Source: Candidatus Cloacimonadota bacterium (GTDB lineage: Bacteria; Cloacimonadota; Cloacimonadia; G963667145). Taken from it: a DNA stretch of 64,000 bases. Numbering within the stretch: the stretch's first letter is position 1; each line of letters opens with the position of its first letter. This document shows, in pieces, positions 41,798 through 52,007 of this stretch. Below the pieces are notes generated by a model, which saw nothing but the letters and a program-made list of their open reading frames with translations, was not told the DNA's origin and did no database searches. The stretch is taken from assembly GCA_963667255.1 (NCBI GenBank), contig OY762940.1, positions 736,001 through 800,000 of the forward strand, written 5' to 3'. The position numbers were made by a program, and so were the translations under genes.

Positions 41798-43905
41798 CTT
41801 ATCTGTGGCAAGACATTAAACTGGAAATTAAGAACAACCTTTGGCAGGTGTTATCACTGATTTTCTTGTCGTTTGCGTTCGTTTATTCTCTGAGAATTTT
41901 TGGAGTGGATTGTATTTCGTTTGCCAAAAATCAAGAATTGTTATTCGCCAAAAGCTCTGCCGGCAGTTTGTATAAAAGCAATTTCTTTTCGGGAATACCT
42001 GCTTTATTTAGTCCTCCGATTATAGATAATTTGTTCTTCGATTCCATTTTGGTTTTTCCTTTTGTTTCTTTGGCGGCAGGCTCTGTGGGCGTTTATTTTT
42101 TCTTGCACTATGGCAAAGGTGTATCAAGCTGGATTGCCGTGATAGCTTCGTCAGTTTGGTTGGTGTTGCCCTTTTGGCAATATCTGGACGCCTCACAAGA
42201 TTTTGCTTTGCTCAGATATTTTGCGATTTTGCCATGGGTAATTTTTGCAGTGCGTTATTTGCGGGAAAAGCAGTCGTTGTGGGCATTTTCTTGCGTGAGT
42301 TTTTCTTTTGTGTTGTTGTTTAGGGTTTGCGACCCTCAAGCATTTTGGTTCTTTTTGGTTTTTTTCTTTTTGGCACTAATACTGTTTTTCTTGGAAAATC
42401 TTTTGCAAAGGAAAGCGTTGGATTATTCCAAATTTTTGCTTCTGATTGTTACCGCTTTTTTGTTTGCCGTTTTTGCAGCATCACAGCCGCTGTTCAGCTT
42501 TTTTAAGCTCTTTGGGAATTTTATTTACTCCAACGACTTCACTGTCTCTTTCGATGTGTTTACCGGCTTTTTTGATGCAAACTCTTTTTTGATGATGGGA
42601 GTTATCTTTTTGGTGATAGCAGGTTTTGGGTTTAGGGGGAACATATTGCTTGTAATCTCTTTTTTGTCGCTTCTCATTTTGCCGTTTTGCACAGATTTTT
42701 TCCCTGGGGCTTGGATAGTAAAAAATCCTTTTCTGTTGTTTGGATTTAGCCTTACTTTTGCAGTGGTTTTGTTCGGCATAGGTTTGGACAGAATATTGAA
42801 AATGAAGTTGAGCCTATTGGAAAAAGGACGACACTATTTTGTTTTTCTGCTTCTTTCGGTTTTTTTACTTTCGATTTTCATAGTGTGGAGTGGGAATTTT
42901 AGCTTCCGCTCATTTTTCTTGTTGTTGCAAATCTTGTCATTGTTTCTATTTGTCTTGGTTTTGTCCTTCCGCCGTAGATTTGATAATCATTTTGCTTTTC
43001 TCTTTCTGATTTTTCTTTTGATTTTCCCGATGTTCGCCATCAGCGGATTTCGTCATAGGTTGCATTATGCTCCGGTCAATAACGACTATTACAATTCGTT
43101 GGATAGACTGGTGGCTGACAATGCTGGTGATTACAGGATTTACCCGCTGGAGAGATTGTTTACCGACAATCGTCTTGGGCAAAAATTTGAGGTAATAGGT
43201 GGTTCTGCCCGCATCATTCAGCGGAATTTCAGACAGCTTTTGCAAAATTGCTTGGAGTTTAAGCTTAGCAGTGATTTGCCGATAAATTGGAATGTTATCG
43301 ATATGTTGGCTGTGAAGTATGTTTTGCGGGAAAACGCTTCGCTCAAGGTCGATGAACTTGCTTATTTGGACTATGATGTGAAGACGAAAATCTCCGTGTA
43401 TGAGAACAAAAATTATCGGGGGAAATTGTGGTTTGTGGACAAGGTTGTCTCATTGCAAAATCCCGAATATGTATTCAAGGCGATTAATTCGGCGGATTTT
43501 GACCCTTTTCAAGAAGCGATAGTTGACAGGGATTTTTCTTTTGATGTTGCCATACCCGAAAAATACAGTGCCAAAATTATCGAGAATGCAAACGACAAAA
43601 TCCAATTGAGAATATTCACGGATGTGCCGTCTTTCTTAGTTTTTAGCAACAATTTTTCTGATGATTGGTATGCATTTGATGATACGGGAGGAATTAAGAT
43701 TTTTAGGGTAAACTATTTTCTGCAAGGGTTTTACCTCACTCCCGGGTTGCATAATATCTCCTTGGAATACATACCGGTTTTGGAGCGAGTTACGCAGGTG
43801 ATTTCTTTTATTTTCTTGGTGTTGCAGATTGTGCTGTTGATTGCCGGCTACTACTTGTATGTAAAAAATAATTATGCCAATAAAACAATTTATATCTTGA
43901 AATGA
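41794..43905 (+). CDS. YfhO-like multi-pass membrane protein (putative GT-C glycosyltransferase)
   Basis: FSGIP near the N-terminus, many TM helices, DMLAVKYV, LVFS......W.A...G..I.RVNY.LQG..L.PG.H.I.LEY.P and a C-terminal TM. Confidence 0.7.
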   Translation: MTYLWQDIKLEIKNNLWQVLSLIFLSFAFVYSLRIFGVDCISFAKNQELLFAKSSAGSLYKSNFFSGIPALFSPPIIDNLFFDSILVFPFVSLAAGSVGVYFFLHYGKGVSSWIAVIASSVWLVLPFWQYLDASQDFALLRYFAILPWVIFAVRYLREKQSLWAFSCVSFSFVLLFRVCDPQAFWFFLVFFFLALILFFLENLLQRKALDYSKFLLLIVTAFLFAVFAASQPLFSFFKLFGNFIYSNDFTVSFDVFTGFFDANSFLMMGVIFLVIAGFGFRGNILLVISFLSLLILPFCTDFFPGAWIVKNPFLLFGFSLTFAVVLFGIGLDRILKMKLSLLEKGRHYFVFLLLSVFLLSIFIVWSGNFSFRSFFLLLQILSLFLFVLVLSFRRRFDNHFAFLFLIFLLIFPMFAISGFRHRLHYAPVNNDYYNSLDRLVADNAGDYRIYPLERLFTDNRLGQKFEVIGGSARIIQRNFRQLLQNCLEFKLSSDLPINWNVIDMLAVKYVLRENASLKVDELAYLDYDVKTKISVYENKNYRGKLWFVDKVVSLQNPEYVFKAINSADFDPFQEAIVDRDFSFDVAIPEKYSAKIIENANDKIQLRIFTDVPSFLVFSNNFSDDWYAFDDTGGIKIFRVNYFLQGFYLTPGLHNISLEYIPVLERVTQVISFIFLVLQIVLLIAGYYLYVKNNYANKTIYILK

Positions 43906-44768
43906 GCGAATACAAAAGCGGGTTTGTGGCGATAGTTGGTAAGCCAAATGTCGGGAAATCTACTCTAATGAATAAAATATTGGGGTCGAAGATTTCCATA
44001 ACCTCGGCAAAGCCACAGACCACGAGGCAGAGCGTGAAAGGCGTTTACAGCGATAACTCAACTCAGATAGTTTTCTTGGACACTCCGGGGTTTGTAGAGC
44101 CTCGCTATGAGTTGCACAACAAGCTGCTGGAATACATCGATTCGGGAATGAAAAGAGCTGATATGATAGCTTTCGTCTCTTGTTTTGCGGGATTTCCATC
44201 GGAGTTTGATAAATTGGTGATGTCGTCGATAGCGAAGTTCAATGTTCCCAAAATATTGCTGTTTAACAAAAGCGACTTGCATCAGGGGAATATCGCCGAT
44301 TTGGAATTGCCGAACGGATTGTTTGACGAGATAAAATTTGTCAGTGCCCTGAAGGACGATAGGGAAGATTTGGTAAATTTGTTTAGAAAATATTTGCCTC
44401 ACTCCGTGCAGCTTTATGACCCGCAATATTTGACCGATATGCCTATGAGATTTATAGTTGCGGAGTTTATTAGGGAGCAGATTTTCAGAAATTATGGAGC
44501 GGAACTGCCTTATTCTGTGGCGGTGACCATCGAGAACTATTTGGAGTATGAGAAGAAGGTGGAGATTTTTGTCAATATTTGGGTCGAGCGGAGGTCGCAA
44601 AAGATAATCATTATTGGTTCTGGAGGCAGTGGTTTAGCCAAGATTAGACAGGAGGCTCAAAAAGAGATTTATCGTCTGGATGGCAGAAGAGTGAAGTTGA
44701 ATTTGTGGGTAAAAATTAAGCCAGATTGGAAGAAAAAGAAAAATGCTTTGTCCGAGTTTGGATACTAA
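43902..44768 (+). CDS. era: GTPase Era
   Basis: GKPNVGKSTL, KPQTTR, DTPG, NKSD and KH domain IIIGSGG. Confidence 0.95.
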   Translation: MSEYKSGFVAIVGKPNVGKSTLMNKILGSKISITSAKPQTTRQSVKGVYSDNSTQIVFLDTPGFVEPRYELHNKLLEYIDSGMKRADMIAFVSCFAGFPSEFDKLVMSSIAKFNVPKILLFNKSDLHQGNIADLELPNGLFDEIKFVSALKDDREDLVNLFRKYLPHSVQLYDPQYLTDMPMRFIVAEFIREQIFRNYGAELPYSVAVTIENYLEYEKKVEIFVNIWVERRSQKIIIIGSGGSGLAKIRQEAQKEIYRLDGRRVKLNLWVKIKPDWKKKKNALSEFGY

Positions 44769-44912
44769 CTGGAAAAATTCAAAAAAACTCTTGACTAACT
44801 ACCTTTGGACAGGAGATTTATTTTATCATATTCTATTTTGGGAATTTATGAAGTTTTTTTAGATTTTAACAAAAATTAAAATATACTGTAATTTATTGAA
44901 TTATAAGGAGAA

Positions 44913-45152
44913 ATGATGTCAAAAAATAATAGAGGAACAGGGCTTAGAGAGTTACCGAAAAGAGGAAGAGGAGAGTGTCCTTTGTGTGGGAGAACTGCGA
45001 TTAAGCTTGTGTATGAAGTGAAAAAAGGTGATGAGACTTTGAAGGTTTGCAAAAACTGTCGTCACAAAAAATTTGTAGAGCCTAAAAAAGAGGAAAAAGC
45101 GGTTGAGCCGAAAGTAAAAGCGGAAGCTGATACCGAAGCTACAGAAGCTTAA
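44913..45152 (+). CDS. Small basic Zn-ribbon protein of unknown function
   Basis: Strong TAAGGAG SD; RGRGECPLCGR...VCKNCR; E/K/A-rich tail. Confidence 0.7.
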   Translation: MMSKNNRGTGLRELPKRGRGECPLCGRTAIKLVYEVKKGDETLKVCKNCRHKKFVEPKKEEKAVEPKVKAEADTEATEA

Positions 45153-45168
45153 ATAGTTTTGGGAGTGT

Positions 45169-47067
45169 GTGAAAATGCTGATAACTTTTCCCGATGGAAA
45201 CAAAAGGGAGTATGAAAAAGATACTTCCGCTTTGCAGATAGCCGAATCGATTTCTTCGGGTTTGGCTCGGACAGTCGTGGCTGCCAAAGTAAATGGCAAG
45301 ATTTTGGATGTTCGAGAGCCTTTGAACGAGGATTGTAATTTGGAACTTATCAAATTTGAATCCAAAGAGGGCAAAGATGTTTATTGGCATTCTACCGCAC
45401 ACTTATTGGCTCAAGCTGTTCAGGAGCTTTATCCTGAAGTCAAGGTGGCTATTGGTCCGTCCATAGAGGACGGCTTTTACTACGATTTTGATAGAGAAAC
45501 CGCTTTTACCGATGAGGAGCTGGAAGAGATAACTCAGAAGATGAAGGAATTGGCGAAGAATAAGTTTGTTTATGAGCGAAGAGTTGTTTCCCGAGACGAA
45601 GCTCTGTCTTTTTTTCAAAAGAAAAACGAAGATTACAAGGTGGAACTTTTGGAAGCGATAGGCGACGACCAAGTCATTTCTATGTACACACAGGGCGGTT
45701 TTACTGACTTGTGTCGCGGACCGCATCTTCCTGACACGGGTATGATTAAGGCGATTAAGTTGCTCAAAACTTCTGGAGCGTATTGGCGTGGCGATGAAAA
45801 GAACAAGATGCTCAAGCGGATTTATGGTATCAGTTTCCCATCCACCAAAGAGTTGAGCCAATATTTGGCGAACTTGGAAGAGGCAAAAAAAAGAGACCAT
45901 CGCATTTTGGGCAAAGATTTGGATTTGTTTTCATTTTCCAGCAAAATCGGTGCAGGACTTGTTCTTTGGCATCCAAAAGGTGCATTAATTCGCCACTTGA
46001 TTGAGAGTTTTTGGAAAGTGCAACACCTCAAAAACGGCTACAATTTGGTCAACACGCCCCATATGGGCAAGGCTGAACTTTGGGAAACTTCCGGTCATTT
46101 GGGATTTTACAACGAGAGTATGTATGCCCCGATGTCTATTGACGAGCAAGATTATTACATCAAGCCGATGAATTGTCCGTTCCAAATCGAGATTTATAAC
46201 GATAGCAAGAAAAGTTATCGGCAATTGCCTGTTCGCTATGCGGAGATGGGAACGGTGTATCGCTACGAGAGAGCTGGCACTCTGCACGGACTTATGCGGG
46301 TTCGTGGCTTTACCCAAGACGATGCACACATTATTTGCACCAAAGAGCAGATGTCTGCCGAAGTGAAGCGAACGGTTGAGTTTTCCATTTTTATGCTCAA
46401 GTCTTTCGGTTTTGAAGATTTTGAAATCTATCTGTCCACCAAGCCTACCGAAAAATTTGTGGGAGACGCTGAAGATTGGACAAAGGCGGAAACCGCTTTG
46501 CAAGATGCTTTGGAAGAGCTAAATATTGAGTTCCAAGTTGACGAAGGTGGCGGAGCTTTTTACGGACCGAAAATTGACATCAAAATCAAGGATGCTCTAG
46601 GCAGAGCTTGGCAATGCAGCACTATTCAATTCGACTTTAATCTTCCGACTAGATTTAATATGGAGTATGTTGGTGCGGACAACTCAACACATCGTCCGTA
46701 TATGATACACAGGGCTTTGCTTGGTTCTTTGGAAAGATTTTTTGCTACGCTGTTGGAATTTCATGGTGGCAATTTACCGATGTGGCTGGCTCCCGAGCAG
46801 GTGAGGATTCTTCCTGTTTCCGATTTGTATATCGATTATTCTCAAAAGGTTTGTGACGAGTTGACCAAACAAGGTTTTAGGGTTAGCATTAGCAACGAAG
46901 ACCAAGGTGTGAGCTATAAGATTAGAGCTGCGGAAAAGCAAAAAATCCCTTATATGTTGATTTGTGGAGAGAAGGAAGAGAAGTCGGGAACGGTTTCTAT
47001 CCGTCAACACACTAAGGGAGATATAGGTAGTTTTAAATTAAACGAATTGAGTGATATTTTAAAATAA
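45169..47067 (+). CDS. thrS: Threonine--tRNA ligase
   Basis: TGS domain, WHSTAHLLA, DLCRGPH, KPMNCP, RVRGFTQDDAH and FYGPKID. Confidence 0.97.
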   Translation: MKMLITFPDGNKREYEKDTSALQIAESISSGLARTVVAAKVNGKILDVREPLNEDCNLELIKFESKEGKDVYWHSTAHLLAQAVQELYPEVKVAIGPSIEDGFYYDFDRETAFTDEELEEITQKMKELAKNKFVYERRVVSRDEALSFFQKKNEDYKVELLEAIGDDQVISMYTQGGFTDLCRGPHLPDTGMIKAIKLLKTSGAYWRGDEKNKMLKRIYGISFPSTKELSQYLANLEEAKKRDHRILGKDLDLFSFSSKIGAGLVLWHPKGALIRHLIESFWKVQHLKNGYNLVNTPHMGKAELWETSGHLGFYNESMYAPMSIDEQDYYIKPMNCPFQIEIYNDSKKSYRQLPVRYAEMGTVYRYERAGTLHGLMRVRGFTQDDAHIICTKEQMSAEVKRTVEFSIFMLKSFGFEDFEIYLSTKPTEKFVGDAEDWTKAETALQDALEELNIEFQVDEGGGAFYGPKIDIKIKDALGRAWQCSTIQFDFNLPTRFNMEYVGADNSTHRPYMIHRALLGSLERFFATLLEFHGGNLPMWLAPEQVRILPVSDLYIDYSQKVCDELTKQGFRVSISNEDQGVSYKIRAAEKQKIPYMLICGEKEEKSGTVSIRQHTKGDIGSFKLNELSDILK

Positions 47068-47068
47068 G

Positions 47069-48334
47069 ATGAGACTCGGTTTTTGTCTGTTGTTTGTGGG
47101 GATTTTTTTATCCTCTGTCGTAATGGCACAGGAGCAGATAAATAAAGAAGAACTTTTGGAGATTGTAGAGCAGGTGAATTGGAAAGGGAACTCGAATAGA
47201 GATAATGTGCAGGGTGCTAATCCTTTTGACCCTATGCAAGTTATGTATCCCTTAGATTCGCAAAATCTTATTAAAGAGAAGAAAAAGGAGGAACGGCTGA
47301 ATATCGTAAATACTTACGAAAGCGGAGTTCCCGCTGATTTTTCTTTTGACAATCCGGCTTCTGTAATAGACAGTTTGCACAAGGGTTACGATTTTTTGTG
47401 GGGGGATTTGATTTACAAATCTCGTGATGGGAACAGTAGCGACAAAAATTTTGAGTTTTTCTACAAACAGGGAATTATTAAATATTCCAAAAAATCTTGG
47501 GAAATTAGTTCTCAAGTGATTTTTGACAATCGGGTTTCCAACTTTGATGAGAAATTATACGATTTTGTGAATTCTAGAAATTCGAGTGAAAAGGAAATTA
47601 ATAACTCTAACTTTGGAATTGGGAGCAAAAATTTTTCTTATAACAAGACGAGTTTTTCCTACGCTTTTTTGTCCAAGATGAGGGAATATCCTGTGAAATT
47701 TGGGTTGAAGGTTAATTTGCTGACTCCGATTTCTTGTATGGTAGCTGACAAAAAAAACGAAACTTTGGGGACAGCAGATTATTATATAGCTAATATTTTT
47801 AGTGATTTTCAGCCGAGTTTCGGACTGGGATTTGGATTTGGTGCACAAGTGTCCGAATTGCCGGGGAAATGGATTTTTGAAAATGGCAGATTTGATTTGA
47901 GTGTTGACGATTTGAATAGCAAAATAGAGTATAAATCTCCGCAGAAGTCTATGCTTTATTGTAACGATTCTTTGAAAAAAGTTTATGTTGTTGAAGTGGA
48001 TAACGACGGCAAAACGATAGAGTATGATTTGGAGCCAACTTGCAAAGCGATGGTCGCTTATGCGATGCCTTCGTTGGGCAGAATGAGTGCCGCCATTAAG
48101 TTTGTGGAAGACGAGACAGCTTTTGATGAAGGCGTTTCGCTTGGTTACGATTATGGCTTGAATGGGAACAAAGATATAGCTGTATGGTTGGGTAAAGGTG
48201 AGGACTATTTTGCTTATGGTTCGTATTCCATATTGGGCAGAAGATTTATAAAGGCTCAAGGTGGAGTTTATTGGGATGGTGACGGTTTTGACGGGTTTCA
48301 GTTGAGTTTGCAATTTTTTAGATTTTTGGACTGA
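47069..48334 (+). CDS. Putative outer-membrane beta-barrel protein (DUF5723-like), paralog A
   Basis: Signal peptide; GLGFGFG, LSVDDL and GVSLGYDY motifs shared with 50451 and 55164. Confidence 0.55.
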   Translation: MRLGFCLLFVGIFLSSVVMAQEQINKEELLEIVEQVNWKGNSNRDNVQGANPFDPMQVMYPLDSQNLIKEKKKEERLNIVNTYESGVPADFSFDNPASVIDSLHKGYDFLWGDLIYKSRDGNSSDKNFEFFYKQGIIKYSKKSWEISSQVIFDNRVSNFDEKLYDFVNSRNSSEKEINNSNFGIGSKNFSYNKTSFSYAFLSKMREYPVKFGLKVNLLTPISCMVADKKNETLGTADYYIANIFSDFQPSFGLGFGFGAQVSELPGKWIFENGRFDLSVDDLNSKIEYKSPQKSMLYCNDSLKKVYVVEVDNDGKTIEYDLEPTCKAMVAYAMPSLGRMSAAIKFVEDETAFDEGVSLGYDYGLNGNKDIAVWLGKGEDYFAYGSYSILGRRFIKAQGGVYWDGDGFDGFQLSLQFFRFLD

Positions 48335-48352
48335 TACAAAAAGGGGAAAATT

Positions 48353-50458
48353 ATGAGAAGAGAGAATAAGGCGAACGAGATGTTGAAATTTTGCAAGTAT
48401 TTTTTAGCGAGTATTGCAAAATGGAAATGCCTTCTTCTGCCTTTATTACTTCTCTTGGGTTGTGAAGCGTATAAGATGCCGACCGACCTCGGTATGCCTA
48501 CATGGACAACCTCTTTGTATCTCAAAATAGCAGATAAATGTTACGATATTGCCAAAGAGATTTCTGGTAAAGATTCCATTTTTGTTTTGGAAGAGGGCAA
48601 GGTTACGCTTAAAAAAAACTTGGATGCCAAAGAAATTGCTTTCAACTCTCCTAAAATTGAACAGACGAATAGTTCTAAACAAGAGATAGGGTATTTTTCT
48701 GTAAGTAATTTGGGGAACTGCAATATAGGTTTCGCATCTTCTATTGTATTAGAGAGTGGGGAAACTAGATCCTTACCTCAGAGTATTCAGCTCAATTTAA
48801 ATACGACGGGGTTTACAAAGGCGGAGTTAGCAGATGCTGTTGTTTCACTACAGTGCAAAAATTCTTCTGGAGAAGTTGTTTCTGGTATTGATTATAGAGA
48901 TCTTAAGCTGAATGTGTGCGATTGGGACGGAAATAGTAAAAGTTTAAATTTTATCCTTGAAGGCAAGGTAAGTGCTTCTGTATCAGATACAACAACTTGG
49001 TTTACCCTTAAGAGTAGTGGAGCTTCTTTGAGTGGAAATTTTGTTGCAACAGCCAATGTAACATTTGATACTCTTGTTTTAAAAATAATCCCAAATAGTA
49101 AGAATTGCATTTTGGCCTCTAAGGTGGAATTACCTGCCAATAGCAATAGCTTTTCTGGGAGCAAATTTTCTGGCAATGTTAAGGTTGGCTTGGGAGAAGA
49201 TTACGAGCTTTATCAGGCGGAGATTGCCACCGGCAAACTTATATTTTCTAAAAAAAATGATATTTCCGGAATAGATTTGACCAAAATAGTTATCTCATGT
49301 AACGGATTGATAAAGGGCAACGACACTCTTAGTGATTCCGTTTTTTATAGTTCCAATCCGACTGACTCTATAATAGACTTGGATGGATATCTTTTGGGAA
49401 CTGGGGAGAAACTTGATAGTTTGGAGTTTACTTATGAAATTGGTTATGCTGCCAAATCTAGCTCAGAAATTTCTGTTAAAAATACTGATGCCGTTGAGAT
49501 TGGTGCAAAAATTCAGGCTTCGTTCGCATGGGTAAAGGCTAAGGTAAAGAATGCTTCGGCTTTTGCAATGGACAGCACTAACGAGAAAATTGATTTTGGA
49601 GATGACTTGCCTGCGTTCAAAACTGCAAAAGGTGCTGATACTACCTTGTCTTTAGCGAAAAATACAAAACTTACTTTGGGTATTTCTTTGCCTGCTACGG
49701 TGGAAAGTGGTGATGCTAATCTGATGCAATGCAATTTGACTTTGATTGCTTATAAGGGCGGAGTAGCTAAAGAGACTATAGATACAACTAAAGATATTTC
49801 TGTGGGAACTACCAAGGGCTCTGAAAGCACTATTGTTGTTGATTTGCTGGAGGAGTTGATTAATTGTTCTCCTGATTCTATCACTGTTAAGATTGTTCCC
49901 AAGATTGCTACTAATAATGGAGGAATTTTCAAATTTTATTGTGGCGACTCTATAAAAACCAATATAAAACTCACAAGTAACCTTATTTTTGGAGAAGTGT
50001 CGCAAATTGTATATTATCAAGTAGAAGATAATCCTCAAGAGCAAGATTGTCCTTTGACTAAAGCACAGGCTGAGTCGGCTAAGGAGATAGTTGCTTACTT
50101 AGAATATAAGAATAACACAAATACTTCGCTTGGAGCGGAACTGCTAATCAGTAAAGATTCTGCATATTTAAGGCAAAATATTTACACCAATATTAGTGAT
50201 GAGAAGCTACGAAGAATTGATTTAAAAGATTTGGAATATAACGAAACCGACACTTCTCAAATCAAGCCCAGTGAAATTTCTATGGATACTCAGGATTTGT
50301 TGGTGCTTGCGGGTAAGGATAAGGAGAAAGTTTACACTTTCCTCAAAGTAAAAGTGATAGGAACAGGAAAGGAATTAAAAGGCAAATTTGATGTGAAAGT
50401 CTATGTGGGGATGAAAGTTACGGTAGATGAAAAATTGACGGAGGGTAACAATGATTAA
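48353..50458 (+). CDS. Large beta-rich lipoprotein, paralog 1 (start may be 48380)
   Basis: Lipobox LLG-C; DLGMP.....LKI.D..YDIA.E shared with 52954. Confidence 0.65.
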   Translation: MRRENKANEMLKFCKYFLASIAKWKCLLLPLLLLLGCEAYKMPTDLGMPTWTTSLYLKIADKCYDIAKEISGKDSIFVLEEGKVTLKKNLDAKEIAFNSPKIEQTNSSKQEIGYFSVSNLGNCNIGFASSIVLESGETRSLPQSIQLNLNTTGFTKAELADAVVSLQCKNSSGEVVSGIDYRDLKLNVCDWDGNSKSLNFILEGKVSASVSDTTTWFTLKSSGASLSGNFVATANVTFDTLVLKIIPNSKNCILASKVELPANSNSFSGSKFSGNVKVGLGEDYELYQAEIATGKLIFSKKNDISGIDLTKIVISCNGLIKGNDTLSDSVFYSSNPTDSIIDLDGYLLGTGEKLDSLEFTYEIGYAAKSSSEISVKNTDAVEIGAKIQASFAWVKAKVKNASAFAMDSTNEKIDFGDDLPAFKTAKGADTTLSLAKNTKLTLGISLPATVESGDANLMQCNLTLIAYKGGVAKETIDTTKDISVGTTKGSESTIVVDLLEELINCSPDSITVKIVPKIATNNGGIFKFYCGDSIKTNIKLTSNLIFGEVSQIVYYQVEDNPQEQDCPLTKAQAESAKEIVAYLEYKNNTNTSLGAELLISKDSAYLRQNIYTNISDEKLRRIDLKDLEYNETDTSQIKPSEISMDTQDLLVLAGKDKEKVYTFLKVKVIGTGKELKGKFDVKVYVGMKVTVDEKLTEGNND

Positions 50459-52007
50459 GAAAATTTTATTTTTGCTTTTGCTTGCTCCTTCAATTTTGTT
50501 TGCTGTGGATGATTTGCCATTATTGGATTTTGCTGAGGCGGAAAACACTGTAGAACCTAAAGCCATTGAGCAACCTCTTGAGAATGAGGTAGAACCGTTG
50601 CCCTTGCTTGATTTTCCTGAAGATAAGAATGACACGGCAGAGCAGTCTGATGAGCAAAATTCAAAGGAGTTAGATTCTTTGCCATTATTGGACTTTGTTG
50701 AACCTCCAGATTCCGTTACTCTTGATACGATTGAGGACTTCCCACTTTTAGTTTTTGATACGATAGCAGATTCTGTTGATAATGAGAGATTTCTCAAAAA
50801 AGTGGAGGATTTCAAAAACGACCCGTCTGCTTCGTCTGAGCAGAAGACAAGATTGCTGGAGTATAAAGCCTACGGTTCTTTCAACGAGAACCCCGCAACT
50901 ATTGCTTGTAGGGATATTTTCTATTTGGACATACCGATAGGATTTGCGATTTCTTTCAGAAATTCCAACCTCAGTTGGAACGAATTTGTAACGATGTTCC
51001 AAAAAAATACCGTTCTCTCTGCATCTGATAAAGGGAAGATTTACGGAGATGATTGGGATGTTTCCTTGGGAATGACCAAGTCTGTGTTCGGGATTGGCTA
51101 CGACAATTACCAGTTTGCTTCCAATATCTTCCTCAATGCCAAGATTAAGAATTTGGGAACTCAGTGGCTCAAGTTTGTTTTGGAAGGTAATAGCAAAGAC
51201 AAAATGGTAATTGAGGGGAGTTCCGGAGAGGGTTCGGAAGTAATCGGTTATGTGAAAAATTCTCTATCCTATTCTATCCCTTCTGCGTTCACTTTCTTTG
51301 AAAGAGATTTTTATTTTGGTTTGAATTTGAATATCTATAATGCGGTTGGATATGCTAAAGTGGAAAATTCAAAGCAGACGGCGGATTTGGAAAATGGCAC
51401 GGCAGTTGTGTCATACGATTACCTATATTCCAAATTTAATGATTTCAAAGTGAACAGCTCTATGGGGTTTGGATTTGGTGTTGTTGTGGATGCGTTGCCC
51501 GATATATATTTCCTCAGAGAAGGACACGCTTACCTCAGTGTTGATGACCTTTTTGCCAAGTTGAAATTTTCCGATTTGGAGAAAACCTCTTACAGCAAAA
51601 AGATTACTTATTCTTATAGTGATAGTAAAAGTAATGACACTGTGACGACTGACACAACTTATGCTTTGGATAATTATACCGTAAAATTAGACCCCGAATA
51701 CAGTATCGGTGTGAGTTACAGCCTTTTTGATGAGACTAAGTTCGGGTCAATGCGTTTTGTGACCAAATATCGCAAAGCTGAGTTTGCTTACGACAGAGGG
51801 TTTAGTCTTGGATTTGATTATTATCCGTTCAAATACTTACCGTTCAACTTCAGATACGGGATAGATAGCGACTCATATTTTTCCTTCGTAATTGGCTTGG
51901 ATTGGTATATGGATTTTGCTCTTCGCTTTGTCAATTACGGGCATACATTCGGTGGTGGAGCCAAAGGTTTCACTATTGGACTGGATTTGTTGAGGATAAA
52001 ATTTTGA
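50451..52007 (+). CDS. Putative outer-membrane beta-barrel protein (DUF5723-like), paralog B, with N-terminal acidic repeats
   Basis: Signal peptide, NPA motif, LEGN, GFGFG, LSVDDLF and C-terminal IKF. Confidence 0.6.
   Translation: MIKKILFLLLLAPSILFAVDDLPLLDFAEAENTVEPKAIEQPLENEVEPLPLLDFPEDKNDTAEQSDEQNSKELDSLPLLDFVEPPDSVTLDTIEDFPLLVFDTIADSVDNERFLKKVEDFKNDPSASSEQKTRLLEYKAYGSFNENPATIACRDIFYLDIPIGFAISFRNSNLSWNEFVTMFQKNTVLSASDKGKIYGDDWDVSLGMTKSVFGIGYDNYQFASNIFLNAKIKNLGTQWLKFVLEGNSKDKMVIEGSSGEGSEVIGYVKNSLSYSIPSAFTFFERDFYFGLNLNIYNAVGYAKVENSKQTADLENGTAVVSYDYLYSKFNDFKVNSSMGFGFGVVVDALPDIYFLREGHAYLSVDDLFAKLKFSDLEKTSYSKKITYSYSDSKSNDTVTTDTTYALDNYTVKLDPEYSIGVSYSLFDETKFGSMRFVTKYRKAEFAYDRGFSLGFDYYPFKYLPFNFRYGIDSDSYFSFVIGLDWYMDFALRFVNYGHTFGGGAKGFTIGLDLLRIKF
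50511..50760 (+). repeat. Four degenerate (L/F)PLL(D/V)F peptide repeats in an acidic linker
   Basis: DDLPLLDFAE, EPLPLLDFPE, DSLPLLDFVE and EDFPLLVFDT. Confidence 0.8.

Noticed and set aside
51902..52003. N-terminal extension of kdsD (and likewise 52819-52953 for lipoprotein 2)
   Set aside because: These extensions overlap upstream genes; the coupled starts at 52004 and 52954 give normal N-termini.
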